Shown here one piece after another: positions 38,543 to 50,901 of a stretch of DNA of 64,000 nt. Made by a program: the position numbers and the translations under genes. The stretch is from the NCBI GenBank assembly GCA_043228905.1, contig JBHGNT010000022.1:3906001-3970000 (forward strand), given 5' to 3'. Numbering within the stretch: position 1 is the first letter of the stretch; each line of letters opens with the position of its first letter. Origin of the DNA: Azolla caroliniana. Lineage: Eukaryota > Plantae > Polypodiophyta. The notes under the pieces are model-generated. The model had not been told where the DNA came from and did no database searches. It saw only the letters and a program-made list of their open reading frames with translations.

Positions 38543-41500
38543 CATGGTTGTTTAAGTACCCGTATTTAACATTTAAATACGTATAGTACCTCATCATTTG
38601 TATAGTACGTACTATAGCTCAATGTTGTTCAGTCAAATATCATGTACATTTGTCCAATACAGTATTTAACGTATCTATAAAAACACAAGTATAATACGTA
38701 TTTATAAAGAAAATATTAGAGATATGAACTAATCTAAGCAAAGGATAAGGATAAAAGATAGATAGATAGAAAGGAGAGAGAGAATGAAGGGTGCCGATCC
38801 ACCCGAACAACCCCGAGCGAAGGGATTGAGACGGACTCGAGCCTCGATCGGCGTCCCATACCACCGTCGTGGCGTGTTGTCCGCCGAAATAGTAACCGAC
38901 GGACAAGAGCGCAAGAATACAGAATAGTATAATATTGTAACGCATGTAACGGTTCACGTGGGAAGCGTGAACGGCTAAAAGACCCTGCGTATATAAAGGG
39001 CAGAAAACCTCTGATAGAGGGAGCGTGTAATTTTGAATGTAAGAGGCGTATCGTAATAGAGTTCTATCTTCTTTGATATCTGTGTGTAGCTACGTCTAAT
39101 CTACTATGTGTCTGTAACACTTGAGAGCGTAGGAGTAAGTAACGGTGTGTGTGTTAGCCCACTATCAAAGGAGCTCGGTTGTAGCCGTCTCCCTTATACG
39201 CTGCTAGGTTATGGGGAATATCCCACTAAGTATTACGCATAGACGCTACAATTCGTTGTCATACAGTCACTTGGAGGTCTAGGTCGAAGGACTGATCGTA
39301 GACCGTGTTCCTGGTGATCTGTGTCTTCTCACAAACGAACAACGAAGAATGCATGTTTAGCCGCATACGCCCCAGAGAACCAACACGACCAGACCGGCTA
39401 GTCACAAGGTCCATCACACGCTAGGCAGAGGAACGCGCACGACAGAAGCCTCGCCTCAATGACCTCAACACTACTTGTCGTGATCACAAAGGTGGTTTCT
39501 CGCTCTCTAAATACCCCGATGATACGCGGGGAGCACGCTCACCACAACAGCACTGTGGTCTTTCTCAGCACGTCGTAGCCCCCCAGCATGGCCTTTGCCT
39601 ATCCCCGCTTTAACGACGAAACCGACGCCGCAACTCACATTCGCATGTTCCTCAATGTTTGGAATGGAAACAACATGGCGCAGAGCCTTTTTGAGGCGGT
39701 AGCGCACCAGTCCAAAATGACGGAGTTCGGGTTAACATTGGATGGGCGAGCGGTGTTTTGGCATTCACAGATGGATCTGCCAACAATCACGACCTTCGAC
39801 CAACTGCAATCCGCCTTTTTGCGGTTCTTCCATCGGAGGGTTCCACAACGCAAAATCCTCGGATAGTTCTACACAATTACGCAGTTGGCGACCGAGACAA
39901 TCACAGACTTCAACTTACGTTTCCAAAATTTACGGCGGAAACTAGAACGGGGCCCCGTGGAGGATGAGGCTCGGGAGACATTTCTGGCGGCATTACGCGG
40001 ACCCATACGGACAACGCTCAACAACAATAGTGTGAAAGGGGAGACGGCGGATATGGTCATCGAACGAGCGTTACAGCTCGAGCTGGACGACAAAGAGGAA
40101 AGGTTTTCATGTCCTCATTATGACAAGCGTTACCTCAGGACGAGGAATGACAATTTCATCAAGCAATCCAGTGCACGATTTGCTTGAACTCGGGGCATTC
40201 CACAGTGGAGTGCAACATGCGAATCCACTGCCCAATCTGTCACTCGAAGGCTCACACAGTCGAACAGTGCAAATACAATATGCTAAACAGAGCCGCTCCC
40301 ACAGTACGCAGCATGGACAGACAACATCCCCCACGCCGTCCTGAACAAAGGAGGCAAGAAGACCGACCACAGTATATGGATTGCAACCCACATGACGACC
40401 GACACAACCGGAATCACCGGAATCACAACGATTCCGAGGAAGATGAGCCAGAGGATGAGGACTACCGTGGTCCCCCTCAATATGCTAAAGGAGGCCGGCG
40501 CTATGAGAATCACCGGCCGACAAACAAACGTGGCGACTTCAATGGATCTCGTGGAAAGCAGCGACAATATCGGGACCACCGGCGATATGACGAAAGCTCA
40601 GACGATGAGCGGCACCAAGAACCACATCGGGGCCAACAACAACTACCGTGTACGCTTTGACAAACGAGGCCGGACCGTGAGGAGCAAGTTGCACCAGGGG
40701 ATCGACACACACCACCAGGCGCCGAGAAGGGCGAATCGAGCATCCATTGTTTTGTTTGTCAACAACCCAGACATTATGCCATGCAATGCCTAGTACGCAA
40801 GGGCAAGGGGCCCGCTGTCAATACGATTACGGCGGAAGTGCAGCAAGTCACGACACGCCAACAAATGAAAACGGCTGATTGGGCCGCGCAAGATGAGATA
40901 CAACGACAAGCCCAGACATGGGTTGAAAAAGCAAACGTGACAAATACGGAACGCATGCGGAAGGAGTCCGCGAACACAATGGGGCTAGTGGAGGACGAAG
41001 GACCGGCCCCGGACCCCATTTGGCAAGCACTGGCGGGCTGCGAGATAACGTTAACCATGGAGAAGCTGCTGCAACTAGTCCCACGCTTCCGCCAGACCAT
41101 GGAAGAATGGGTGACGGGCATACCCGGGGTGAGCGTCGCTACGAATCTCACGGACATTAGCGACGAACCGTCTGTAGTGGATCACCACAACCCGGCTATT
41201 ACATTGATATTACACGGTCAGGAAATCCCAGGATGCATAATCGATGGTAGCTCGGGCGTTAATGTAATTAGCGCGAAAACATGCGAGTAGTTAGGCATTT
41301 CAGAATGGGAGGCTTGCCCGTTCTGGCTCCGTATGGCAGATACCCGCTCAGTACGACCATTGGGGTTGATACGCAAGGTCGACATTATCGTGGGAGGACA
41401 TCGCTTCGACATCTCAATGGTAGTCCTCGCCCTGGACGCCCCAGGGGCATACCCTATGCTGCTGGGCAGACCGTGGCTTCGTACAACGAATATCAAGCAG

Positions 41501-43251
41501 AGCTGGCAACACAAGTGTATCAGTTTCCGACACGAACACACCAAGGTTCGCGTACCTAAGGAGAAAAGGGCAACACAATCCAAGGATATAACACCATTAT
41601 ATGCAGAAGATATAAATATGCTGGCCGGGGTGGATGATGCAGAATTAGAGGCATACCTAGACGAGCACCCTTGGATTATTCCGTTGTTCGAAATTGACGT
41701 CATTGCAACCGCGACAGAATATGCCACGACCACTACTCTCCATGACGAGGCTTACGAACCAAACCCGGAGTCAATCTTGGAACTAAGCAGAGCACGCGCA
41801 ACATTTGAGAGGGAAATGGAAATTTCACGACGCGTCATCGCCTCCGCCCTAGAAGAAGTAAACGTGGCTACGACATCAGAACCCCGTTTTCTCTCCATCG
41901 CAAAAGAATTCAGGCCGGACCAGAGAGACACGATGATCGAACGACTCAAGAAATATAAAGATGTGTTCGCGTGGGCTCATGAGGACATGAAGGGGTTAGA
42001 TCCGAAGTTCTATCAACATAAGATCAATTTAGCAATCGACGCAAAACCAGTGCAGCAGCGCCACTACTGCATGAACTCGAACTACGTGACCCGCGTAAAA
42101 GAAGAAATTGACAAACTCCTAAAGGCGGGATTCATACGGCCAGTTAAACAAGCCACATGGTTAAGTCCGATAGTAGTCGTTCCAAAGAAAAACGGCAAAA
42201 TACGAGTAGTAGATTACCGAAAATTAAACGCCGCAACCATTACAGACACATTCCCGTTACCATTCACCGATAGCATACTGGACGCCGTCGCAGGACATGA
42301 CATGTAAAGTTTTTTAGATGGCTTCAGTGGCTATAACCAGGTACGCATGCATCTCGATGACCAAGAGAAGACGACATTTGTCACGGAGTGGGGAGTCTAT
42401 GTGGCAGTCGTCATGATGTTCGGGCTAAAAACGACGCCAACAACATTTCAACGGACAATCACGGAGATCTTTGGGGAATATATTCCGGCATTCATGCAAG
42501 TTTTTTTAGACGATTTTGCGGTATATGGGAAAAAACCCGACCATTTTATGCATCTACAACTGTGCTTGGAACGTTGCCACACCGCACGCTTAAAAGCCTG
42601 AATCCCGCGAAATGTGCCTTCGGCGTGACTAGCGGGACTCTCCTAGGCCATATAGTCAGCAAGGATGGAATAGCGGTGTCGTGCCTTTCGGCTCCGGATC
42701 GTTGCGTGAGTCGGGTGGGAACCACTGGGGTTTTGGACTAGGAGGAGGAAGAATTTGAGACTATTATAATTATGAGTAGATTATTAGAAACTTGTGAATC
42801 CCACAAGTATAATGTATTTTATTGATTAATATTTATGTAAGAATATGTATTTAGATTGATAGAGAAAGATATAGAAATCTCGTGAATCCCACGAGTATAG
42901 TTTGTTAATTGGTGTTTTAGGAAATATATCCAATTTCCCAAATATTTCACACACCTATTACATTGTGCTCCCCATCCTTATGTAGTGATGGGAGAGACTA
43001 AGCATAGCTACATGCTTTTTTTCTAATACGTTCATGCACACTAAATGTGCATGTGATGCTTTTCTAATCCTTGCTTTTATTTGCTAAATATAGTGCTCAT
43101 GCACGCTAGATGTGCATGAGTCACTTTTTAGTTGCTTGCGTTTTTTTTCTATAAAATATTCACACACTCTAAAAATGCACGATTTACCTTTTAATAAAGG
43201 TAGGCGCAAATAAAGCACTTATAGTTATTAAATCTATTTATAGAACACTAA

Positions 43252-43350
43252 AGATAAGGTAGTATAATGGTAAAGTTGAGGTTTGGCTATGTGGAGGTAC
43301 AGGGTTCGAATCCTGCCCTATGCACGTGATAAATATCTTGATATTCTTAT
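43252..43350 (+). ncRNA. tRNA-like Pol III internal promoter cassette in the 3' LTR of G
   Basis: A box TAGTATAATGG 43260-43270 and B box GGTTCGAATCC 43303-43313, 32 nt apart. T-run near 43349. No full cloverleaf. Confidence 0.55.
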
Positions 43351-43378
43351 TTTATTTATTTATATGTAATTAAATCGG

Positions 43379-45454
43379 TTATATTATTTTTACTTTTTCA
43401 CGTAGTGTACGAAATACACTACGACACTCGCCCCCTCCGAACCCGCACATCCTCCGGTATGTGCCGAAGTTGCCGATGCTCGTTGTCTCCCCTTCATCCT
43501 CCGTTTGTCCCGCTATGTCAACTTTGTCTCTCCATTTTGAGTAGACCCATTCTTTCCACCCGAACCATTGTCGCCATCCGATCCACCATATTCTTTGTTC
43601 TCTCTCGTCATATTCTTGGCCCTTGTCATTCGTGGTAGTGTCTTTTACTGGCCTCTTTCTTGTCTTCATTAACCTTGACTTTTTTCCGGATCGCTCTCGT
43701 CCGATCGACTTTCGGTTTGATCGGCTTCCGATCGGATTCGTATTCGGCCGAATCGGAATCGGTTGTTCGGTTTCGATTGAGTCGGTCTCCTTCCGGCCCG
43801 GTTTCGATCTATCGGTTTTGGTTTCGGTTGGCTTTCTTTTCCTTGTTTTCACCAGCCTCGACCGGTCCAACCTCCGATTGAGTCGGATTAGCTTCTTTCC
43901 AGATCGGTCTCGTCCGATCGGCTTTCGGCTAGGTCGGCTTCCATCCATATTCGCGTTCGGCCAAGTCAGACTCAGTCGATCGGTTTTGACCGAGTCGACC
44001 CCTTTTCGGGTCGGCTTTCTTTCGGGTCGTCTTTCGGCCGAATCCTCATTCGCCCGGTTCGGCTTTCGTTTGTGTCGTCTTTCGGCCGAATTCTCTTCCT
44101 TTCGGTTCGGCTTTCTTTCGGGTCGACTTTTGGTCGAATCCTCTTTTACCCGGTTCGGCTTTCTTTCGGATCGGAATCCCGTCCGGATCACCTTCCATCC
44201 AAACCGGCTTCCGACTTTACCTTTCTTGCTGCCACCTCCCGTCTCTCCGGTCTCACGTTGGTTCTCGGACACAACTGCCGAAGTCTCTAGAATTAGTGGG
44301 TAGGAATCCTCGGTATTATCATCCTCCATTGTTTCACCCATAGCCATATTCTCGGCTATCTCTCCGTCGTATGCATCGACTTCGACCTTTGTTTTCTCTC
44401 CGCCACCTTCCGTCTCTTCGGTCTCACGTTGCCTTTCGAACGCAACCGCCGGAGTCTCTAGAATCAGTGGTGGGGAAGTCTCGATATGGCCATCCGTCGT
44501 TGATTCGTCCATAGCCACCTTCGATTCGATGTCATCTTTCGTGGCGACCTCCTCAATCAAGTCCTCCTTGCTCTCTTTCACTGCATCAATTATGCAAACA
44601 TCAATTATGCTTACCCCTTTTTCACCCGATGTTTCGGACACTTGTATTCCGAAATCTTCTTCTACACTTGGGTTATCGGCCTTATCCTTCATCGTTGTTC
44701 TTTCGCAAGACAAGAGGGTAGCTTGTTTTACACCCTCTTCCGTCGCACCATCATGTTGTATTTCGGCCTTCATATCGGCTCCATCGTTTGTCTTCAATCG
44801 ACCATCCTTCATCGGCCATGTCGTTGACAAGATTCTCATCTTCCTCTCATCATGTCTCCGGCATACCCTTTGGACTTCGGCCCAATCTTCAGTAAGACCA
44901 TTTGTACCTTCATCGTCTTCGAGTTCGATCCCGATGTCCATCCTTTCTTTTCGATCGATCGATTTTACGAACATTAGGACTTTATCTTCTCCCACCAACC
45001 GTTGTTCTCGCTCCGAGAGTTGAGCAAAACGATTCTCGAACTCTAGGAATGCTTGTGTTGCACTTCGGTGGGTCTTCTCCGATGCCACCCATTCGTCGAA
45101 TTTTCGCCGATCTTGTCCCTTTGATCTCTTGTAATCATATGCCTCTCGTAAAGCTTCTTCGAATGATCCCCATGTCGAGTTTTGTTGCCGTATCTTGTGG
45201 ATTCTCTCTTGTAGCTCATCCGTGGCCACCCGATTGAAGGATGTCACTTGCAATCCTTCTGGTATCCCACATCGTATCATCTCCGCCTTGTAGTCACGTA
45301 GATAGCATGACACATCGTTTCCGTTGAATTGTCCATTTCGTTGTACGAGCCGCTTTACTGCCCCCGGGATCTCCGACATCACTCGTTGTTCTTGTAGCAT
45401 CCGCTCGAACATCATCATCATCGTTATGCTCATTGCCTCTTGTTGATTCTCCAT
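43379..45454 (-). CDS. Intact 691-aa gag-like protein with acidic middle and Lys/Arg-rich repetitive C-terminus
   Basis: Uninterrupted from the ATG at 45454 (MENQQ), 17 nt after the PBS. N-terminal ~200 aa aligns with A1 gag. 15-aa repeats RPERKPNRKEENSAE occur about four times. The stop lies inside the 3' LTR. Confidence 0.8.
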   Translation of the reverse strand: MENQQEAMSITMMMMFERMLQEQRVMSEIPGAVKRLVQRNGQFNGNDVSCYLRDYKAEMIRCGIPEGLQVTSFNRVATDELQERIHKIRQQNSTWGSFEEALREAYDYKRSKGQDRRKFDEWVASEKTHRSATQAFLEFENRFAQLSEREQRLVGEDKVLMFVKSIDRKERMDIGIELEDDEGTNGLTEDWAEVQRVCRRHDERKMRILSTTWPMKDGRLKTNDGADMKAEIQHDGATEEGVKQATLLSCERTTMKDKADNPSVEEDFGIQVSETSGEKGVSIIDVCIIDAVKESKEDLIEEVATKDDIESKVAMDESTTDGHIETSPPLILETPAVAFERQRETEETEGGGEKTKVEVDAYDGEIAENMAMGETMEDDNTEDSYPLILETSAVVSENQRETGETGGGSKKGKVGSRFGWKVIRTGFRSERKPNRVKEDSTKSRPERKPNRKEENSAERRHKRKPNRANEDSAERRPERKPTRKGVDSVKTDRLSLTWPNANMDGSRPSRKPIGRDRSGKKLIRLNRRLDRSRLVKTRKRKPTETKTDRSKPGRKETDSIETEQPIPIRPNTNPIGSRSNRKSIGRERSGKKSRLMKTRKRPVKDTTTNDKGQEYDEREQRIWWIGWRQWFGWKEWVYSKWRDKVDIAGQTEDEGETTSIGNFGTYRRMCGFGGGECRSVFRTLREKVKII

Positions 45455-46109
45455 CTCCTTGCCACCCGCCTTCACGTCGGGTTCACCAACTGTGTCGTGC
45501 CTTTCGGCTCCGGATCGTTGCGTGAGTCGGGTGGGAACCACTGGGGTTTTGGACTAGGAGAAAGAAGAATATGAGATGAGGCTAGTAATGAATAGATTAT
45601 TAGAAAGAGAGATAGAAATTTCGTGAATCCCACGAGTGTATTTTATTCGATTAATCAATATTTAGATAAGAATATGTATTTAGATTGAAAGAAAGATATA
45701 AGAAACTTGTGAATCCCACAAGTATAGATTATATTATTTTCGTGAATCCCACGATTATATTAATCGGTTGGTGTTTTCGGAAATATATCCAATTTCCAAA
45801 TATTCCACACACCTATTACATTGTGCTCCCCATCCTTATGTAGTGATGGGAGAGACTAAGCATAGCTACATGCTTTTTTTCTAATACGTTCATGCACACT
45901 AAATGTGCATGTGATGCTTTTCTAATCCTTGCTTTTATTTGCTAAATATAGTGCTCATGCACGCTAGATGTGCATGAGTCACTTTTTAGTTGCTTGCGTT
46001 TTTTTTCTATAAAATATTCACACACTCTAAAAATGCACGATTTACCTTTTAATAAAGGTAGGCGCAAATAAAGCACTTATAGTTATTAAATCTATTTATA
46101 GAACACTAA

Positions 46110-46210
46110 AGATAAGGTAGTATAATGGTAAAGTTGAGGTTTGGCTACGTGGAGGTATAGGGTTCGAATCCTGCCCTATGCACGTGATAAATATCTTGAT
46201 ATTCTTATTT
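46110..46210 (+). ncRNA. tRNA-like Pol III internal promoter cassette in the 5' LTR of G
   Basis: A box 46118-46128 and B box 46161-46171; second copy of the cassette at 43252-43350. Confidence 0.55.
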
Positions 46211-48659
46211 TATTTATTTATATGTAATTAAATCGGTTATATTATTTTTACTTTTTCACGTAGTGTACGAAATACACTACGACAGCGGTCGATCTGAACA
46301 AGATCTCCGCGACTACTCAAGCCAAAACTTCGACAAACGTGAAATCACTCAGCCGGTTTTTAGGACAAATACGATGGCATAGTCGGATGATACGATACTT
46401 GGCGGACTTCGCCATGCCGTTACATGCCGCCGTGCATCGGACTCCCTTCCAATGGACTGCAACGGAGGACAAGGCCTATGAGGCGCTCAAGATAATGCTC
46501 ACACAGGCACCCGTCGTACAACCACCAGTTTGGGTGAAGCCATTCCACGTGTTTGTAGACGCCTCAAACATAGCAATAGGAAGTGCGCTAATGCAGCTCA
46601 TTGAATCGAATTGGTACCGGCCAGTCTACTACGCTAGTCGCAAATTATCAACATAGGAGCATAACTATTCCACAACGGAGCGTGAGGCGTTAGGGATGAT
46701 CTATAGTATCAATAAATTCTGGCATTATTTGTTCGGGAGGAAATTCACGTTCCACGTGGATCATTCGGCACTGCTGTATTTGGTGGAGAAACAAGCACTA
46801 ACGGGGAAATTGGCGTGATGGATGCTGCTGCTTCAAGAATTCGATTTTGTAATTCAGCACCGCCCGGGTACGCAACACGCAGTGGCAGATTTTTTGAGCA
46901 GACTTGATAATGGAGAAACAATACAGAAGGACGACGACGACTTTCCGGATGCAGACATTCTGCGAGTAGCAGCACTAGCAGAAAGAATTGAAACGACCTT
47001 TCCGAACTGGTGGCTTATGGAAATGACATACTTTTTGACTACGGGACTGCCTCCACCACAATTACGCACGGACGAGAAGAAACGATTAGCCGTCCGGAGC
47101 CGTAACTTCTGCTTGGTAGAAGGAATTTTATATCACAAAGGTAGTGATGGCATTTGGCGACGCGGTGTACGTTAGGATGAGAAAGAAACAGTCTTACGGG
47201 AGGCTCACTGCGGCACGACAGGCGGCCATTACGCGGGCGATGTTACGGCCCAGAAAATATGGCAAGTAGGCCTATGGTGGCCGACTACATAGAAGGACGC
47301 ATACGAGTATTGCAGAAAGTGCGATTTGTGTCAACGGATGGGCCAACCCACGGAGGGCGCAAGGATGCCTCACCAGCCCGTATTACAGTTAGATCCCTTC
47401 CAAAAGTGGGGATTGGATTTTGTGGGCCCCTTCACACTGGCGGTGGCCCGTACAGGCAATAAATACATATTGGCAGCCACAGATTATTGCACCAAGTGTG
47501 TAGAAGCAAAGGCACTACGAGAGAATACGACGACCGTCACAACGAGATTCCTTTACGAACACATCTGGTGTCGGTTCGGCTGTCCGATTGAGCTTATCAG
47601 TGACTAGGGGAACCACTTTCTCAATACTGTCGTTCGAGGACTAACACATCATTACGCCGTAGTCCACAAGAAAAGTACGTCATATTATCCACAGGCGAAT
47701 GGGTTAGCAGAATCCACCAACAAGACGTTGCAGACTATCTTAAAGAAAATCATCAATGAAAATGGAACAGATTGGGATACCAAATTATAGAGTGCGTTAT
47801 GGGCATATAGAACCAGCTACAAAACAAGCATACAGTCAACACCGTTTCGACTAGCGTTTGGGCTAGAGGCCGTGATGTCGGTAGAGTTTCAGATACCCAG
47901 TTTACGGATTCAGGTACGGGACCGACTATCGGAAGCCAAGTCAGAGGAGGTACGGCTCCACCAACTACTCGAACTCGGCGAAAAACATGTACACAACATG
48001 GCTGTGTTGGAGCAGGAATAACGACGGCGTAAAGCGTTTGTGGATCGATATCGGAACGCACGGGAAAAGGATTTCGCGGTCGGTCGAGCGGTACTGGTTT
48101 TCCAAACCCGCATGGGCCATATGCCAGGGAAGTTACGATTCCGTTGGACAGGTCCGTATAGGATAATAGGAGTGGAACAAGGCATGTTCCAACTAGGCAC
48201 GCTGGCTGGGGAAGTCTTACGACAAAAGGTGAATGGGTTCCGCCTTAAACCTTACCTGGGCCCTACACCACCTAACCCATTCACCGCCGGACAGGACAAA
48301 GCCGGAGAACCCGCGGCGTAAGTGGACGGCCCCACTTGTATCATAATGTAAAAATAGGTTGTATATAACCGTTACGAAAAAAAGAAAAAAAAAAGAAAAA
48401 AAGAGAGAGAAGATAGTGACGCTATTAAAAAAGGACTGAATGCATGCACAAAATTCTAGACCAAGAACACGCGGCACCACGATGGCTCACTGCCCAATGA
48501 ACCCTAGGCCACAAAAAGAAGGAAATAGAAGGTCTTCTGCACAAAACAGAAATCCACCTCCTAACTCTCAGCGTTCTCATCGCTCCCCTCCCTCACCTTC
48601 TCCTCCATCCTATCACAGAGCTCAAGCCTACCGCAACCACCAATCTTCTCCCCATGAGC

Positions 48660-50901
48660 CTACTCTGACTATGCCGATATTTATCTCTACCGCCTTATGT
48701 CGATGGCTCGTGGGGAAACGCCTGGATGGGTACATCAGGGTTGCAGAGGCACCTCCACACTCGGATGCATTGGACATCCCCAGAAAGCTCAATATCGACA
48801 CAATCACCAACTCCTCCATCCGGAAAAAGTTGGACCTGTCATCACTAGGTGAAAGGCATTTCGAAATCCCTCCTGCGGAGTAGCTGCAGAGGTATTTCGG
48901 CCCGTATTCCTCTTCCGCCAAGGCCTATAGAACGAAGGAGATCCTGGATCCCTTTTTCCGTGAAGTCACCAAGTTCCTATTAGAGGTCGGATGCGTACAC
49001 GTAAACACATATGGGATGCCCAAGCAGAATGCATGTATCATTATTGATACCTTTGAAGGGCGTACGGTCGACTGGGGAGTCATCACGGGGTTGACGTTAA
49101 GGGAAGGCCTGCACGCGTATCAAGGAGGCAAGAAGCTCAGGCCTATCATACAACAATACCTAACGGTACTATTCCCACCCCGAGGCTTGCTGGCACCGCA
49201 GCCCAGCAGACCCACGCCGCCGCCCCGATCTGGAAGCGCAGGTTAGCGGAGTTAGCTACCACAGAGTGGGAGGATGAACCCCAACCCGCCCAGCCGGACA
49301 CACGGACAACGCCAGAAGAGTAGGCGGCACGCTCAGCGGAAGCGGCACTAGAGCCAGAATCCGAACCACGGTAGGATAGCCCCAGGCCAAAACGGCGAAG
49401 ACTGGATAGGAAAGATGGGCGGGGATTAGTTAAAGACGTACCCACGTCGGCGGAGACAATGACCGAAGGCGACGGTTCCTCAACTACGGAGCCCAACACC
49501 ACCTTCGAAATAATCCGGGAGCCATGGCCGATCATTACGGCCCAGTCACAATGAGGGAAAGTCATATTGACGGCGGAAATCGAGGGTTTGGCATATCCGG
49601 ATATCCCGGACATGGCCCATGAGTTCAATGCACTCTTGTAGTACGGAACCTCTTTTGAGCTCATGGAATTCTTGGCAACGCAACAGATAAAGGCCTCACA
49701 CTGAATGGCCGAGGAGCACGCGGAGCGCCAGATGATCGAGCACGCCCCAACACAAACGGCGGAGAGCGACAATGAGGACCAGTTAGCTAGAGTCGGTAGA
49801 CGGAGGAACGCCGAGATACACTGAATGGGGATGGAACTACCCCCATTAAACACGGCCCTAGTCGAAATCCATAGGGAACTGGCAAAGGTCAGCATGGGCG
49901 CCAAGGAGATGGCCATTAAAAATAAGAATGTCTGGAAGAAGGTGAAACTGACCCAAGCCGAGCTGCAAAAAGCCAATGAATGCATCGCGGAGTTGGAAAC
50001 TAATGCGACTACGGCGCAACAAGCAACTCCACCACCAAACCACGCCATCGAAGCCTTGAAGGAAGAGATTGAGGCTCAAACTGCCATTGCCTCAAAAGCA
50101 AAAAGGGCCATACAACTAGCGGAATCAGAAATTGACCGCCTCCGCACTGAACTTCGCCAGTTCTTAGACAGGGAAAAGGACATCCAGGCCAATGGCCGAA
50201 AGGCAGTAAAAACCCTTGAAGAGAAACTCGCTGCGGAGACAACACATCACACCCAGACAAAAAAAGAAAACGCTCAATTACAGGAGGAAGCGAAGAAATC
50301 GGAGGCGGCAATCGTGGGACTCCGGGCCTTATTGGAGAAAAAGAAGGCATGGTTCGACGAGCAACTGGTGGGCGAACAGGAATGAAGGCATTAGCTCGAA
50401 ATCCGCATAAACAATGAAATGGGGAAATTAGAAGAACTACATGTGAAGGAATCCCAACTGTGGGTGGGTATGAAGAGCATGTATGAAGAAGCGACGACAG
50501 TTAGTAAGCAAGAAATTGCAAACCTCAAGAAGTCGGTGGAAGAAGCACGCAACTGTTGCCAGGCCATCACACACAACGTGCGTATCCTTCTACAAACGAA
50601 TCGGGAGAGGTTTACAACACAATTGAAAATGGCGTTGGACAAAGGATGGATGGCATGGGCAGCCCAAGCAGTGGAATTACACGCGTATCATGTGAACTGG
50701 GAGAACCGGAGAAAAGATGACCGAGGCTTCTATAAACTCAATGAGGACAACACAGGACGATCGCGACACCATGACAAGCCCTCCCGACGAAACAGAGGAA
50801 CCACACCACGATGCACATACGGACCCTACGCCATCCCCGGACGCGGACACCATAGCAGAGCCAAACATCAGGGGCATTTTGGAAGAAGATTAAAGGGCTA
50901 G
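48660..50901 (+). pseudogene. Extra 3' ORF of element C (homolog of the B extra ORF)
   Basis: ISTALCRWL..RLDGY..APPH..TITNSSI..YFGPYS..KAYRT..FFRE..MPKQ..IIDTFEGRTVDW aligns motif by motif with B. Coiled-coil-like segments at 49825-50700. Stops and one frameshift. Confidence 0.75.

Larger units (their letters stand above)
42677..46284 (-). mobile_element. Non-autonomous gag-only LTR retrotransposon (G) of the Trp-primed family
   Basis: LTRs 46284-45493 and 43426-42677 (TGTCG...CGACA). Trp PBS 45488-45471; PPT ggagggggcgag ending 43427. 4-bp TSD gcgg (42673-42676 / 46285-46288) inside the RT of C (GIA|VD). No pol domains. Confidence 0.92.

Noticed and set aside
43252-43330. Functional tRNA gene
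   Set aside because: A and B boxes are present, but I could not build acceptor and anticodon stems, so it is reported only as a tRNA-like promoter cassette.
49146-50048. 300-aa antisense ORF in element C, and similar antisense ORFs at 43623-44303 and 26582-27247
   Set aside because: Shadow frames of GC-rich or repetitive sense ORFs; not conserved between B and C.
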